Assembly: GCA_963749655.1 (NCBI GenBank)
Contig: CAVVOB010000013.1
Coordinates: forward strand, 1-64,000
From: Nitrospirota bacterium
Lineage (GTDB): Bacteria; Nitrospirota; UBA9217
DNA length: 64,000 nt
Reading direction: 5' to 3'
The translations under genes and the position numbers were made by a program. The notes beneath the pieces were generated by a model. It searched no databases. It was not told the DNA's origin and saw only the letters and a list, made by a program, of their open reading frames with translations. Of this stretch, positions 39,713-49,185 are shown one piece after another. Within the stretch, counting starts at the first letter, position 1; the number at the start of each line of letters is the position of its first letter.

Positions 39713-41404
39713 ATGCGTTACAGCAGAATGTTCATTCCCACCTTGAAAGAAGCTCCGGCCGAGGCCGAAGCGATCTCGCACAAGCTCATGGTGCGCGCGG
39801 GCTTCGTGCGTCAGCTCGCGGCCGGGCTTTACATCTATCTGCCTCTCGGCATCCGGGTGATGGAAAAGATCAACCGGATCATCCGCGAGGAAATGAACGC
39901 CATCGGCGGACAGGAAGTGACCATGCCGGTCCTGAACCCCGCGGAAGTCTGGCAGCAGACTGGCCGGTGGGACGTGATCGGCGACGAGATGTTCCGGCTC
40001 AAGGACCGGGGCGGACGGGACATGTGCCTGGCCATGACGCACGAGGAGACCATGACCTGGCTTGCGGCCCATGACCTCCGTTCCTACCGCGAGCTGCCGC
40101 AGATCTGGTACCAGCTCCAGACCAAGCTTCGCGACGAGGCGCGGCCCAAGAGCGGGGTGCTCCGGACGCGGGAGTTCACGATGAAGGACTCCTACAGCTT
40201 CGACCGGGACGAAGCCGGGCTCGACAAGTCCTACCAGCTCCATCTGGAAGCCTATAAAAAGATCTACAGCCGCTGCGGCATCAGGTTCTATGTGGTCCAG
40301 AGCGACACCGGCATGATGGGCGGCTCCATGGCCCACGAGTACATGGCGCCTTCGGCTGCGGGCGAGGACGACGTGGCGCTCTGCGACGGCTGCGGATACG
40401 CTGCGAACACCGAGCTTGCCCTGTCCGTGCCGAAGCCGTCGCCTGCGGTCAGCGAAAACTTCGAAGAGATCGCGACGCCGGAGCGGCGGACCATCGAAGA
40501 AGTGACGCGGTTCCTGAAGGTCACGCCTGACCGCCTGCTCAAGTCGATCCTCGTCATGACCGACAACGGCCCGGTGCTCGCCCTGGTGCGCGGCGATCAG
40601 ATGCTCCATGAGAAGAAGCTTGCGAAGGTCATCGGGACGCACCGGCCCGCGCAGAAGGACGAGGTCAAGGCCGCTCTCGGTGTTCCGGCCGGGTTCATCG
40701 GGCCAATGGGGCACAAGATCCGAAAGGTGGCGGACCCGGTGCTCAAACAGGGCGCCTATATCGCGGGCGCCAACAAGGAAGGCTTCCACGTGAAGGGAGT
40801 CGTTGCGGACCGTCATTTCAGTGATGCCGAGTTTGCCGACATCCATACGGCAACGGCGGACGACTTCTGCACCCAGTGCGGCAAACCCCTCAGGATCGAC
40901 CGGGTGATCGAGATCGGGAACATCTTCAAGCTCGGCACGAAATATTCGGCGCCCCTCAAGGCGAACTATCTCGATGAGGAGGGGAACGAGAAGCCGATCG
41001 TCATGGGCAGCTACGGCATCGGCCCCGCGCGCATAGCGGCCGCGGCCATCGAACAGGGAAACGACGAGAACGGCATCGTCTGGCCCCTTGCGATCGCGCC
41101 CTTTCAGATCCTGATCATCCCGGTAAACGTGAAGGACGTAAACTCCATGGACAGGGCCGAGGAATTGTACGCCGCGTTGGAGGAAAAGGGCTTTGAAGTT
41201 CTGATGGACGACCGCGACGAACGGGCGGGCGTCAAATTCAAGGACGCGGACCTCGTCGGCATTCCCTGGCGTGTCGTGATCGGCGAGAAGAACCTGAAAG
41301 ATGGTCTGGTGGAGATAAAGGAGCGGAAGACCGGGACCGTTGAGAAGGTGAAGGTGGGGGAAGCGGTCGAGGCGATCGTGAAGAAGCTTGTGATGGAAGC
41401 GTGA
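39713..41404 (+). CDS. proS: Proline--tRNA ligase (bacterial type with editing insertion)
   Basis: SHKLMVRAG, THEE, RDEARP...REFTMKDSYSF, IEIGNIFKLGTKYS, MGSYGIG. Confidence 0.97.
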   Translation: MRYSRMFIPTLKEAPAEAEAISHKLMVRAGFVRQLAAGLYIYLPLGIRVMEKINRIIREEMNAIGGQEVTMPVLNPAEVWQQTGRWDVIGDEMFRLKDRGGRDMCLAMTHEETMTWLAAHDLRSYRELPQIWYQLQTKLRDEARPKSGVLRTREFTMKDSYSFDRDEAGLDKSYQLHLEAYKKIYSRCGIRFYVVQSDTGMMGGSMAHEYMAPSAAGEDDVALCDGCGYAANTELALSVPKPSPAVSENFEEIATPERRTIEEVTRFLKVTPDRLLKSILVMTDNGPVLALVRGDQMLHEKKLAKVIGTHRPAQKDEVKAALGVPAGFIGPMGHKIRKVADPVLKQGAYIAGANKEGFHVKGVVADRHFSDAEFADIHTATADDFCTQCGKPLRIDRVIEIGNIFKLGTKYSAPLKANYLDEEGNEKPIVMGSYGIGPARIAAAAIEQGNDENGIVWPLAIAPFQILIIPVNVKDVNSMDRAEELYAALEEKGFEVLMDDRDERAGVKFKDADLVGIPWRVVIGEKNLKDGLVEIKERKTGTVEKVKVGEAVEAIVKKLVMEA

Positions 41405-41482
41405 CTCGACTTCGAAAGGTGGAGTGCCCCGACTGTGTCGGGACAGGCTCCATGGGGAATACGGAATGAACGGGGGCATCGG

Positions 41483-41722
41483 TTGGAACAGGATATAGAG
41501 CGGATCAAGGCCCTTATCAACGAGAAGAACGAGCAATACCAGCGGCGCGGCGGTACCGTGCGTCTTGCCGGCATAGACGGTTCTACGGTCCAAATTGCGC
41601 CGGAGGGCTTTTGCTGGAGATGACACATAACACGCGTCGCCCTGGTCCAGGGCTTGCAAGAGCAGATAAAAACTGAGTTTTCCTGGGTGGAAAGGGTCGT
41701 CGTGGTCAAGCCGCAACAGTGA
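41483..41722 (+). CDS. NifU/Nfu-domain protein with in-frame UGA (CxxU), probable selenoprotein, 79 aa
   Basis: RRGGTVRLAGIDGSTVQIAPEGFCWR-UGA(41621-41623)-HITRVALVQGLQEQIKTEFSWVERVVVVKPQQ-stop follows the Nfu pattern on both sides of the UGA. Confidence 0.85.
41624..41657 (+). promoter_or_regulatory. Candidate bacterial SECIS hairpin
   Basis: GCCCT-GGTCC-AGGGC hairpin at 41639-41653, with a GGUC-containing apex ~20 nt after the UGA. Confidence 0.7.
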
Positions 41723-41741
41723 CTAAGGTCGCAGAAAATAC

Positions 41742-41770
41742 TTGAATTTCTCTGGTAAAGCACCTATAAT
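41742..41770 (+). promoter_or_regulatory. Sigma70 promoter TTGAAT-17-TATAAT
   Basis: Consensus -10 and 17-nt spacer; GGAGG RBS and GTG 41796 follow. Confidence 0.7.
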
Positions 41771-41795
41771 CGTCGCTCATGGAGGATGCGCTACC

Positions 41796-42023
41796 GTGGA
41801 GGAAATTGTCAAGCTTCAGTTGACTGCCCAGCAGACTGCGGATATAAAAAAGCAGATCGGGTTCGAACTTCGGGAAATCTACCTCACGAAGAAATCCCTG
41901 AATAAACTCCGGGTATTCCGGCTGCGTCTCAGCGAGGAACAGCAGGAGGTTCTGGAGGAACAGCTTGGGCAGAAGGTAAGAGAGTTGACCGTCACGCGTT
42001 CGGTCGCGACAAGGATCCTTTAG
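41796..42023 (+). CDS. Small hypothetical protein made of two internal repeats
   Basis: Own promoter and RBS; VKLQLTAQQTADIKKQIGFELREIYLT versus FRLRLSEEQQEVLEEQLGQKVRELTVT. Confidence 0.75.
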   Translation: MEEIVKLQLTAQQTADIKKQIGFELREIYLTKKSLNKLRVFRLRLSEEQQEVLEEQLGQKVRELTVTRSVATRIL

Positions 42024-42236
42024 ACTTCAGCCCCCTTTCCCTGAAGCGCCGGATCGGGTGTTGTGGTTTTTTATTCTTTTTTGCATGGCTTATCGATTGG
42101 GGTAGTAATGAGCGGTATTTCACAAGTCTGTTGATATTGAATGTTTTTTTCTCCGCGCCTTCGTTGCTTTGTTCGGGAAACGATTTTCAGGAATGAATCT
42201 ATTATTTATCCTCGTATCCGAAAGGAGGTGAACGTT

Positions 42237-42422
42237 ATGAAAAAATCCTTCGTACTCATTCTGGCATTGGCAATACTGGCTACTTTTTCGGTTATCGGCT
42301 GTGAGAAGAAAGCTGAAACGCCGCCGCCCGCTGCGCAGCCTGCAGTGACCCCGCCGCCGGCCCCGGCTCCTGCACCAGCCCCGGCACCCGCTCCGGAACC
42401 GGCAAAACCGGCAAAAAAATAG
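42237..42422 (+). CDS. Small Pro/Ala-rich lipoprotein
   Basis: AAGGAGGTGA RBS, lipobox VIGC, PA-repeat tail, terminator downstream. Confidence 0.85.
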   Translation: MKKSFVLILALAILATFSVIGCEKKAETPPPAAQPAVTPPPAPAPAPAPAPAPEPAKPAKK

Positions 42423-42456
42423 CTGCATGCACAATTTACCACGGTTACGTGCGCTC

Positions 42457-42480
42457 GGCCCCCCATCGCGGGGGCCTTTT
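42457..42480 (+). terminator. Intrinsic terminator
   Basis: GGCCCCC-CATCGC-GGGGGCC followed by TTTT. Confidence 0.7.
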
Positions 42481-42657
42481 CATTCACCACACGTAGCTCG
42501 GGCGTAACAAACGAGACTGCGCTCCGCATAAGAGGGGGCAGCGGCCGATTTCCCGTCCCTGAACGCACAAGTCGCTCCGAAGCATGGACATGGCAGAACT
42601 GGCACCAGCTCCGGTCGCCGGAGCTGCTGGTATGAACGCCGGATACGCGGTACCCCG

Positions 42658-44454
42658 ATGACGAAACTGACTACGGATTTTCTGAACGAGATCCTGATCA
42701 AAGCTGGCAAGCTTACGCCCGACCAGGCCAGGGAGATCAAGGTTAAGCAGGACGTCCAGCGCATGAAGCTCCTCAAGGCGCGGGGTGAGACCCTGCACCG
42801 GGGGAGGATGCACCTCGAGGAAGAGGTGTCGGCGATCGAGGTTGTTGCCTCGATGAATATGGAGATTCCCGGTTCTCCGGGACAGCTCCTGACTGAAGAC
42901 CTTGTTACTGAAATCGTGGCTGTTCATGCAGGCCTGCCCTTCAAAAAGATCGATCCTCTGAAGCTCAACCCCGAGGTGGTCACCCAGATCCTTTCCCGAG
43001 CCTTCGCACGAAGGACCGTTTCCATGCCGATCGAGAAAAACGACGACGACCTTACGCTCGCCGTTGCGGATCCTTACAATATTGAGGTCGTCGAAAACGT
43101 CGAGCGGATGGGCTACCGGGTCAAGCGCGTGGTCTCGTCCCGTACCGATATCATCAAGATCATCACGGAATTCTACGGCTTCCGCTCGTCGGTGACCGCC
43201 GCGGCGAAAGAGATGGACTCCAGCGTCGATCTGGGCAACCTCGAACAGTTCGTCAAGATGAAGTCCGTCACCGAGATCGAGGCAACGGACAAGCACATCG
43301 TGAACGCCGTGGAATTTCTCTTCCGCTATGCCTTCGATCAGCGGGCCAGCGACATCCACATCGAACCCAAGCGCGATGCCAGCGAGATCCGCCTCCGGAT
43401 CGACGGCATGCTCAACACCATCCATCGGACGCCCAAGGCCGTCCACCCCGCGTTCATATCGCGCATCAAGATGCTTTCGCGCATGGACATCGCCGAGAAA
43501 CGGCGGCCCCAGGACGGAAGGATCAAGACCGAATACAAGTCGCGCGAGGTCGAGCTGCGCGTCTCGACCATGCCGACGGCGTTCGGCGAGAAGGTGGTCA
43601 TCAGGATCTTCGATCCCGACGTGGTGCTCCAGGACCTCGAGGAGATCGGATTCGAGCCGCGCGAGTATGAGCTTTTCCGGTCGTTCATTACGCGGCCGAA
43701 CGGCATCATTCTCGTGACCGGGCCGACGGGAAGCGGCAAGACCACGACGCTCTATTCGGCGCTCAAAACGGTCGCGCTGCCGGAAGTGAACGTCGTAACC
43801 ATCGAAGACCCGATCGAAATGGTCCACGAAAAGTTCAACCAGGTGAGCATCCAGCCCCAGATCGGGGTAACCTTCGGCAGCATGCTCCGGACGATCCTCC
43901 GTCAGGACCCGGACATCATCATGGTGGGTGAAATCCGCGACCTGGAAACGGCGGAGAATGCGGTCCAGGCGGCGTTGACGGGCCACCTCGTCTTCTCCAC
44001 GCTCCATACGAACGACGCGCCGAGCACGATCACCAGGCTCATGGACCTGGGCGTTCCCTCCTACCTTATTTCCTCGACGATCATCGGCGTCATGGCCCAG
44101 CGTCTGGTCAGAAAGATCTGCAAGCATTGCGAAAAAGACTACGAACTGCTGCCCGAGGAAGCCGAGGCCGTGGGGCTCGCATCGGGCAAGGACCGGAAGA
44201 TCGCGGTAAAATACGGTGAGGGATGCCCTCAATGCCGGGGCACGGGATATATGGGGAGGACCGGCATCTTCGAGGTGCTGGAGATGAACGATAAGATCAG
44301 GGCCATCATTCGTGACAAGGCGGAAGCGGAGCTCATCAGGAAGGCGGCCGTCTCCGACGGCATGGTCGGGCTGCGCGAGGCCGCAGTGCAGAAGCTGCTG
44401 AAGGGTGAAACGACTTTTGACGAGGTCATCCGGGTAACGGGGGAAAAGATCTGA
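42658..44454 (+). CDS. GspE/PilB family secretion ATPase
   Basis: RASDIHIEP, DIAEKRRPQDGR, GPTGSGKTTTLY, RQDPDIIMVGEIRD, tetracysteine motif. Confidence 0.95.
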   Translation: MTKLTTDFLNEILIKAGKLTPDQAREIKVKQDVQRMKLLKARGETLHRGRMHLEEEVSAIEVVASMNMEIPGSPGQLLTEDLVTEIVAVHAGLPFKKIDPLKLNPEVVTQILSRAFARRTVSMPIEKNDDDLTLAVADPYNIEVVENVERMGYRVKRVVSSRTDIIKIITEFYGFRSSVTAAAKEMDSSVDLGNLEQFVKMKSVTEIEATDKHIVNAVEFLFRYAFDQRASDIHIEPKRDASEIRLRIDGMLNTIHRTPKAVHPAFISRIKMLSRMDIAEKRRPQDGRIKTEYKSREVELRVSTMPTAFGEKVVIRIFDPDVVLQDLEEIGFEPREYELFRSFITRPNGIILVTGPTGSGKTTTLYSALKTVALPEVNVVTIEDPIEMVHEKFNQVSIQPQIGVTFGSMLRTILRQDPDIIMVGEIRDLETAENAVQAALTGHLVFSTLHTNDAPSTITRLMDLGVPSYLISSTIIGVMAQRLVRKICKHCEKDYELLPEEAEAVGLASGKDRKIAVKYGEGCPQCRGTGYMGRTGIFEVLEMNDKIRAIIRDKAEAELIRKAAVSDGMVGLREAAVQKLLKGETTFDEVIRVTGEKI

Positions 44455-44564
44455 TCCGCCGGGAAAGTTAGAAGATCAAAGTTCATATTTCAAACGGTTT
44501 CGTTTCGGCTTCCGATTCGTCACCTGGATTTTGATCTTCGAATTTCTTCGAATATATAATGTAT

Positions 44565-45842
44565 ATGGATACCTTCACCGTTTTCATATCGGACAACTGG
44601 CTGCTGATAGCGGCCGCCCTGGGAAGCGTCCTGTGCGCGGCATTTTTTGCAGCAGCGGAGACCGCCATCGTCTTTTCGAACAAGGCGCACCTGCGCGAGC
44701 TTGCGGAAACGGGGAACGAACGCGCACAATCCGTTCTCGCGCTCGTTGAGGACCGGGACCGCCTCCATACTGCGCTGCTCGTGGCCGAGAATTTTTTCAT
44801 CATTCTGTCGGCTGTTCTCGGAACGGTGATCGCGGGGCACGTCTTCGAGAAGACCTTCCCCGCGGCCGCGGTCACCACGGTTTGCGCGAGCTTTCTGGTG
44901 GTCTTTTTCGCCAAACTCGCGCCGAAGGGGATCGCCTGCAGAAACCCGGACCGCTTCGCCCTGGCGGTCGCTTCACTCGTCCGGATGGTGATGAACGGCC
45001 TGTCGCCCCTGTCCCGGCTCCTGGCGCGGGCGGCGGATATCATTGCCGGCCCGGGCTCCCAGGGCATGACCTGCACGGCGGTGGTCACCGAGGAGGATAT
45101 CAAGGCCATGATCAACCTCGGCGAGGAGCGGGGCTCGCTGAAGGAAGAGGAAAAGGAGCTCCTCCATAAAGTATTCGAGTTCGGCGATACCGTGGCCTCG
45201 GAAGCCATGCGTCCTCGCACCGAGATCGTGAGCGTCCCGTCGAGCGTCACGCTGCAGGAGGTCTTTGCACTCGTTTCCGAGTTCGGCTACTCCCGCTACC
45301 CGGTGATCGAGAACACCGTGGATACCGTCATCGGGATCCTCTACATCAAGGACATCTTCGTGGCCATGGCGGAAGGCGAGGTGAAGCGCGAGGACGGGAT
45401 CAAGCGATTCATCAGGCCGGCCTACTTCATCCCCGAGAACAAGCGGTTGAGCGAGCTCCTGTCCGACATGCAGAGCGAACGCTTCCAGATCGCCATTGTC
45501 ATCGACGAATACGGGGGTACGGCGGGGATCGTGACGCTCGAGGACCTTATCGAGGAGATCGTGGGGAGCATTCATGACGAATTAGAGAGCGAGGAAAAAG
45601 ACGTCCAGATCGTGGATGAGAAAAATTTCGTGGTCTCGGGGCAGTCGGCGCTCGATGAGGTGAACGAACTGATCGACACCAACCTTCAGTCCACGGAATT
45701 CAACACCCTCGGCGGATTCGTCTTCGGCCTTTTCGGCAGGATGCCTAAGGTCGGCGAGCAGCTCCGGTACCGGAAACTCAAACTCGAGGTACTGGAACTG
45801 GAAGGAAGAAAAATAACCAAGGTGAAGATAACGAAGCTGTAA
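44565..45842 (+). CDS. CNNM/CorB (HlyC/CorC) family transporter: DUF21, 2 CBS, CorC domain
   Basis: [44 protein letters not shown]. Confidence 0.92.
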   Translation: MDTFTVFISDNWLLIAAALGSVLCAAFFAAAETAIVFSNKAHLRELAETGNERAQSVLALVEDRDRLHTALLVAENFFIILSAVLGTVIAGHVFEKTFPAAAVTTVCASFLVVFFAKLAPKGIACRNPDRFALAVASLVRMVMNGLSPLSRLLARAADIIAGPGSQGMTCTAVVTEEDIKAMINLGEERGSLKEEEKELLHKVFEFGDTVASEAMRPRTEIVSVPSSVTLQEVFALVSEFGYSRYPVIENTVDTVIGILYIKDIFVAMAEGEVKREDGIKRFIRPAYFIPENKRLSELLSDMQSERFQIAIVIDEYGGTAGIVTLEDLIEEIVGSIHDELESEEKDVQIVDEKNFVVSGQSALDEVNELIDTNLQSTEFNTLGGFVFGLFGRMPKVGEQLRYRKLKLEVLELEGRKITKVKITKL

Positions 45843-45843
45843 T

Positions 45844-45909
45844 AGCAGAGAGCAGAGAGCAGAGAGCAGAGAGCAGAGAGATTCTACCCTCTGCGCCATG
45901 CGCTATGCT
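45844..45909. repeat. (AGCAGAG)5 heptamer element with inverted tail, copy 1
   Basis: Five heptamers then CTCTGCG CCATGCG CTATGCT; nearly identical to 47739-47802. Confidence 0.9.
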
Positions 45910-45948
45910 GCCTATACATTTTTTATTTATTTAGTTCGGAGGTGTAGG

Positions 45949-46872
45949 TTGCGCAAGAAAGTGACGGTTGTCGGTGCAGGAAACGTCGGAGCTACGCTGG
46001 TCCAGCGGATCGCTGAGATGCAGATCGCCGATGTGGTGATGGTGGATGTGGTGGAAGGGGTGCCCCAGGGCAAGAGCCTTGACCTCCTTGAGGCGGGGCC
46101 GGTGCTCGGGTATGATTCGCGCGTCACGGGAACGAACGGGTATGACGAGACAGCGGGGTCCGATATCATCGTGATCACCGCCGGCCTGGCCAGAAAGCCG
46201 GGCATGAGCCGCGACGACCTTCTGGCGGCAAACGGGAGCATCGTCAAAAAAGTCGCCGAGGAGACCGGCAAACGCTCGCCCCGGGCAGTCATGATCGTGG
46301 TCACGAACCCCATGGATGTGATGGCCCACGTGGCCATGAAAGCCAGCGGCTTCCCCAGAGAACGGGTGATCGGCATGGGCGGTGTACTCGATTCCGCCCG
46401 GTTCAGGACCTTTATCGCCCTGGAGCTCGGCGTTTCCGTGGAAAACACCCATGCCTTCGTCCTCGGCGGACACGGGGACTCGATGGTCCCGCTGCCGCGC
46501 TACTCGACCGTCGCCGGCATCCCGATCACGGAGCTCATGAGCAGGGAGCGGATCGACAAGCTCGTGGAGCGGACCAGGAACGGAGGGGCCGAGATCGTCG
46601 CGCTGCTCAAGACCGGCAGCGCCTACTATGCTCCGTCGGCGGCCACCCTTGAGATGGTCGAGGCCGTGCTGCTGGACAAGAAGAAGATCCTTCCGTGCTC
46701 CACCCGGCTGGAGGGGCCCTACGGCGTCAACGGCGTCTTCGCCGGCGTGCCGGTAAAGCTCGGCGAGAAGGGCGTGGAGCAGGTGATCGAAATCAAGCTG
46801 TCGGCGGACGAACAGGCTGAGTTCATGAAGTCCGTGGAGGCGGTGAGGGCGGGATGCGAGAAATTCACGTAG
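45949..46872 (+). CDS. mdh: Malate dehydrogenase (LDH-like)
   Basis: [35 protein letters not shown]; TTG start after GGAGGTG. Confidence 0.96.
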   Translation: MRKKVTVVGAGNVGATLVQRIAEMQIADVVMVDVVEGVPQGKSLDLLEAGPVLGYDSRVTGTNGYDETAGSDIIVITAGLARKPGMSRDDLLAANGSIVKKVAEETGKRSPRAVMIVVTNPMDVMAHVAMKASGFPRERVIGMGGVLDSARFRTFIALELGVSVENTHAFVLGGHGDSMVPLPRYSTVAGIPITELMSRERIDKLVERTRNGGAEIVALLKTGSAYYAPSAATLEMVEAVLLDKKKILPCSTRLEGPYGVNGVFAGVPVKLGEKGVEQVIEIKLSADEQAEFMKSVEAVRAGCEKFT

Positions 46873-47693
46873 ACGAAATCAGGGACAATATCGCCCGGAT
46901 GTGCGTCGACGCGGTCTACAATTTGAGCGAGGACGTGCTTGCAGCATTCGACCGCGCGCAGGAGGCGGAAACCGCGCCCGCGGCTCAGGAAATCATCGGA
47001 CTCCTGAAGGAGAACGCCCGCATAGCACGGGAGGAGCGCATCCCCCTGTGCCAGGACACCGGCATCGCGATCTTCTTTGTCGAGATTGGGCAGGACCTCC
47101 GGATCAAGAACGGCTTCCTCGTCGACGCCATCAATGAAGGCGTGCGCAAGGGCTACCGGGAGGGGTATCTCCGTAAGTCCGTGGTCGATCCCCTGACACG
47201 GAAGAATACGGGAGACAATACGCCTGCCATCATCTATACGGAACTGGTCCCCGGCGACAAACTGAAGCTGTCCTTCATGCCCAAAGGCGCCGGGAGCGAG
47301 AACATGAGCGCCATCCGGATGCTCAGGCCGACGGAAGGCGTAGAGGGGATCAGGAACTTCGTGCTGGAGTGCGTCACAACCGCCGGCGCCAACCCCTGTC
47401 CGCCGGTCGTGATCGGCGTGGGCATCGGCGGCGACTTCGAGAAGGTGGCGCTCCTCGCCAAGAAGGCGCTGCTCCGGCCGGTGGGCAGCCCGAACGCAAA
47501 GCTGGAGCTTGCAAAACTCGAGGAGGACCTGCTCAAGGCCGTCAACAGGACCGGCATCGGACCGGAAGGCCTGGGGGGCAGAGTGACGGCCATGGCCGTG
47601 CATGCGGAAAGTTTTCCCTGCCACATCGCAAGTCTGCCTGTTGCGGTGAACATCAACTGCCACGCGGCCAGGCATAAAACCATAATACTTTAA
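46854..47693 (+). CDS. Fe-S hydro-lyase alpha subunit (class I fumarate hydratase/tartrate dehydratase)
   Basis: [28 protein letters not shown]; lies next to mdh. Confidence 0.92.
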   Translation: MREIHVDEIRDNIARMCVDAVYNLSEDVLAAFDRAQEAETAPAAQEIIGLLKENARIAREERIPLCQDTGIAIFFVEIGQDLRIKNGFLVDAINEGVRKGYREGYLRKSVVDPLTRKNTGDNTPAIIYTELVPGDKLKLSFMPKGAGSENMSAIRMLRPTEGVEGIRNFVLECVTTAGANPCPPVVIGVGIGGDFEKVALLAKKALLRPVGSPNAKLELAKLEEDLLKAVNRTGIGPEGLGGRVTAMAVHAESFPCHIASLPVAVNINCHAARHKTIIL

Positions 47694-47802
47694 ATTGCGG
47701 AATGCGGATTGCGGATCGAAAATCGGGAAGTAAATTCCGCAGAGAGCAGAGAGCAGAGAGCAGAGAGCAGAGAGATTCTCCCCTCTGCGCCATGCTCTAT
47801 GC
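47694..47802. repeat. TGCGGA(A/T) heptamers plus (GCAGAGA)5 element, copy 2
   Basis: ATTGCGG AATGCGG ATTGCGG ... (GCAGAGA)5 GATTCTCCCCTCTGCGCCATGCTCTATGC. Confidence 0.9.
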
Positions 47803-47823
47803 CCTCTCCAAAAAGGGTAATGC

Positions 47824-48405
47824 ATGACGAATCCTATCAGACTTACTCCACCTTTGACCGACGAGGTCGTCAGCGCGCTCAAGGCAGGAGACCGGGTCCT
47901 CATCTCCGGCGTAATTTACACCGGCAGGGACATGGCCCACAAGTACATGGTCGAGGGACACCGGAAAGGGGAGAAGCTTCCTTTCGATCCCCGCGGGCAG
48001 ATCCTTTACTATACCGGCCCGACGCCGGCGCCTCCGGGCAGGCCGATCGGGTCGGCCGGCCCTACGACAAGCTACCGCATGGACAAATATACGCCTGAGC
48101 TGCTCGAACTCGGCCTGAAGGGCATGATCGGCAAGGGGCCCCGCGGCCAGGACGTGAAGGACGCGATCCGGAAGTTCAAGGCCGTTTATTTCGCGGCAAT
48201 CGGCGGCGCAGGCGCCTTGATATCAAAGGCGATCAGAAAGGCCGAGGTGATCGCCTATCCCGAACTCGGCACCGAGGCGGTCATGCGTCTCGAGGTCGAA
48301 GACTTCCCGGCTGTTGTCGTGAACGATGTGGAGGGAAACGATCTTTACCGAATCGGTGTTGAGCAGTATGCGGACGCCGGCGCTGCTGAAGACGAAACCT
48401 GCTGA
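47824..48405 (+). CDS. Fe-S hydro-lyase beta subunit (class I fumarate hydratase)
   Basis: YTGRDMAH, AGPTTSYRMD, MIGKG, LGTEAVMRLEVEDFP. Confidence 0.92.
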   Translation: MTNPIRLTPPLTDEVVSALKAGDRVLISGVIYTGRDMAHKYMVEGHRKGEKLPFDPRGQILYYTGPTPAPPGRPIGSAGPTTSYRMDKYTPELLELGLKGMIGKGPRGQDVKDAIRKFKAVYFAAIGGAGALISKAIRKAEVIAYPELGTEAVMRLEVEDFPAVVVNDVEGNDLYRIGVEQYADAGAAEDETC

Positions 48406-48428
48406 GAAGCGCGGAACGAATAAGACCA

Positions 48429-48518
48429 TGCAACCACGGATAAACACGGATATGCACGGATGAAGCAAAGTCTCAGCTGCATACGCTCTGCAGCTTTCCG
48501 TGTCTATCCGTGGTTGCA
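48429..48518. repeat. Tandem-decamer inverted repeat (ACACGGAT type)
   Basis: TGCAACCACGGATAAACACGGATATGCACGGATG ... TTCCGTGTCTATCCGTGGTTGCA. Confidence 0.85.
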
Positions 48519-48555
48519 CCCGCCGTTTTAAGAATTCAGTCCAAAGGAGAGGGCA

Positions 48556-49089
48556 ATGACGATCAAGTCGAAAATCAGGACAGTACCGAATTATCCCAAG
48601 AAGGGCATCATGTTCCGGGACATCACCACGCTCATCAAGGACCCGGTTGGCTTCCGGCTCGTTATCGACACGCTGGTCCAGCGGTATATCGGCAAGGAAT
48701 ACGAGTTCGATACCATCGTGGGCATCGAGTCGAGGGGCTTCATCCTCGGCGCGGCCATGTCCTATGCGCTCGGCAAGGGCTTTATTCCGATCCGGAAGAA
48801 GGGCAAGCTGCCCGCGGAAGTCGAATCGCAGGAATACGCTCTCGAGTACGGCACCGATAAGATCGAGATACACAAGGACGCCCTGAAAAAAGGCGATCGG
48901 GTGCTCCTCGTCGACGACCTCCTCGCCACAGGCGGAACAGCGCTGGCTGCGGCGGCGCTTATAGAAAAGTTGGGTGCCGTCGTGGTCGAGATGACTTTCA
49001 TCGTGGACCTGCCGGACGTGGGTGGGAAGAAGAAACTGCTGGATAAGGGGTATAAGGTTTTCGCCCTCACGGAGTTCGAGGGCGACTGA
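48556..49089 (+). CDS. apt: Adenine phosphoribosyltransferase
   Basis: PKKGIMFRDITT, GIESRGF, RKKGKLP, YALEYG, VDDLLATGGT. Confidence 0.97.
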   Translation: MTIKSKIRTVPNYPKKGIMFRDITTLIKDPVGFRLVIDTLVQRYIGKEYEFDTIVGIESRGFILGAAMSYALGKGFIPIRKKGKLPAEVESQEYALEYGTDKIEIHKDALKKGDRVLLVDDLLATGGTALAAAALIEKLGAVVVEMTFIVDLPDVGGKKKLLDKGYKVFALTEFEGD

Positions 49090-49119
49090 GCAGCTGCATT
49101 TAAGCGGTAAAAAAACAAC

Positions 49120-49149
49120 GGCGCCCGTGATCTTTCGGGCGCCCTTTTT
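49120..49149. terminator. Intrinsic terminator, probably bidirectional
   Basis: GGCGCCCG...CGGGCGCC with T-tract after and A-tract before, between convergent genes. Confidence 0.75.
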
Positions 49150-49185
49150 ATCGGGGAAAAAAGCTGCAGAAAACAGAAGGTACCG

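Noticed and set aside
39425-41716. 763-aa minus-strand ORF
   Set aside because: Antisense shadow of ispG/proS in GC-rich DNA; no motifs
42583-42661. 25-codon ORF overlapping the gspE start (ATGA)
   Set aside because: No SD and it coincides with a palindrome; cannot be supported without ribosome profiling
42484-44232. 582-aa minus-strand ORF
   Set aside because: Antisense shadow of the GspE/PilB gene
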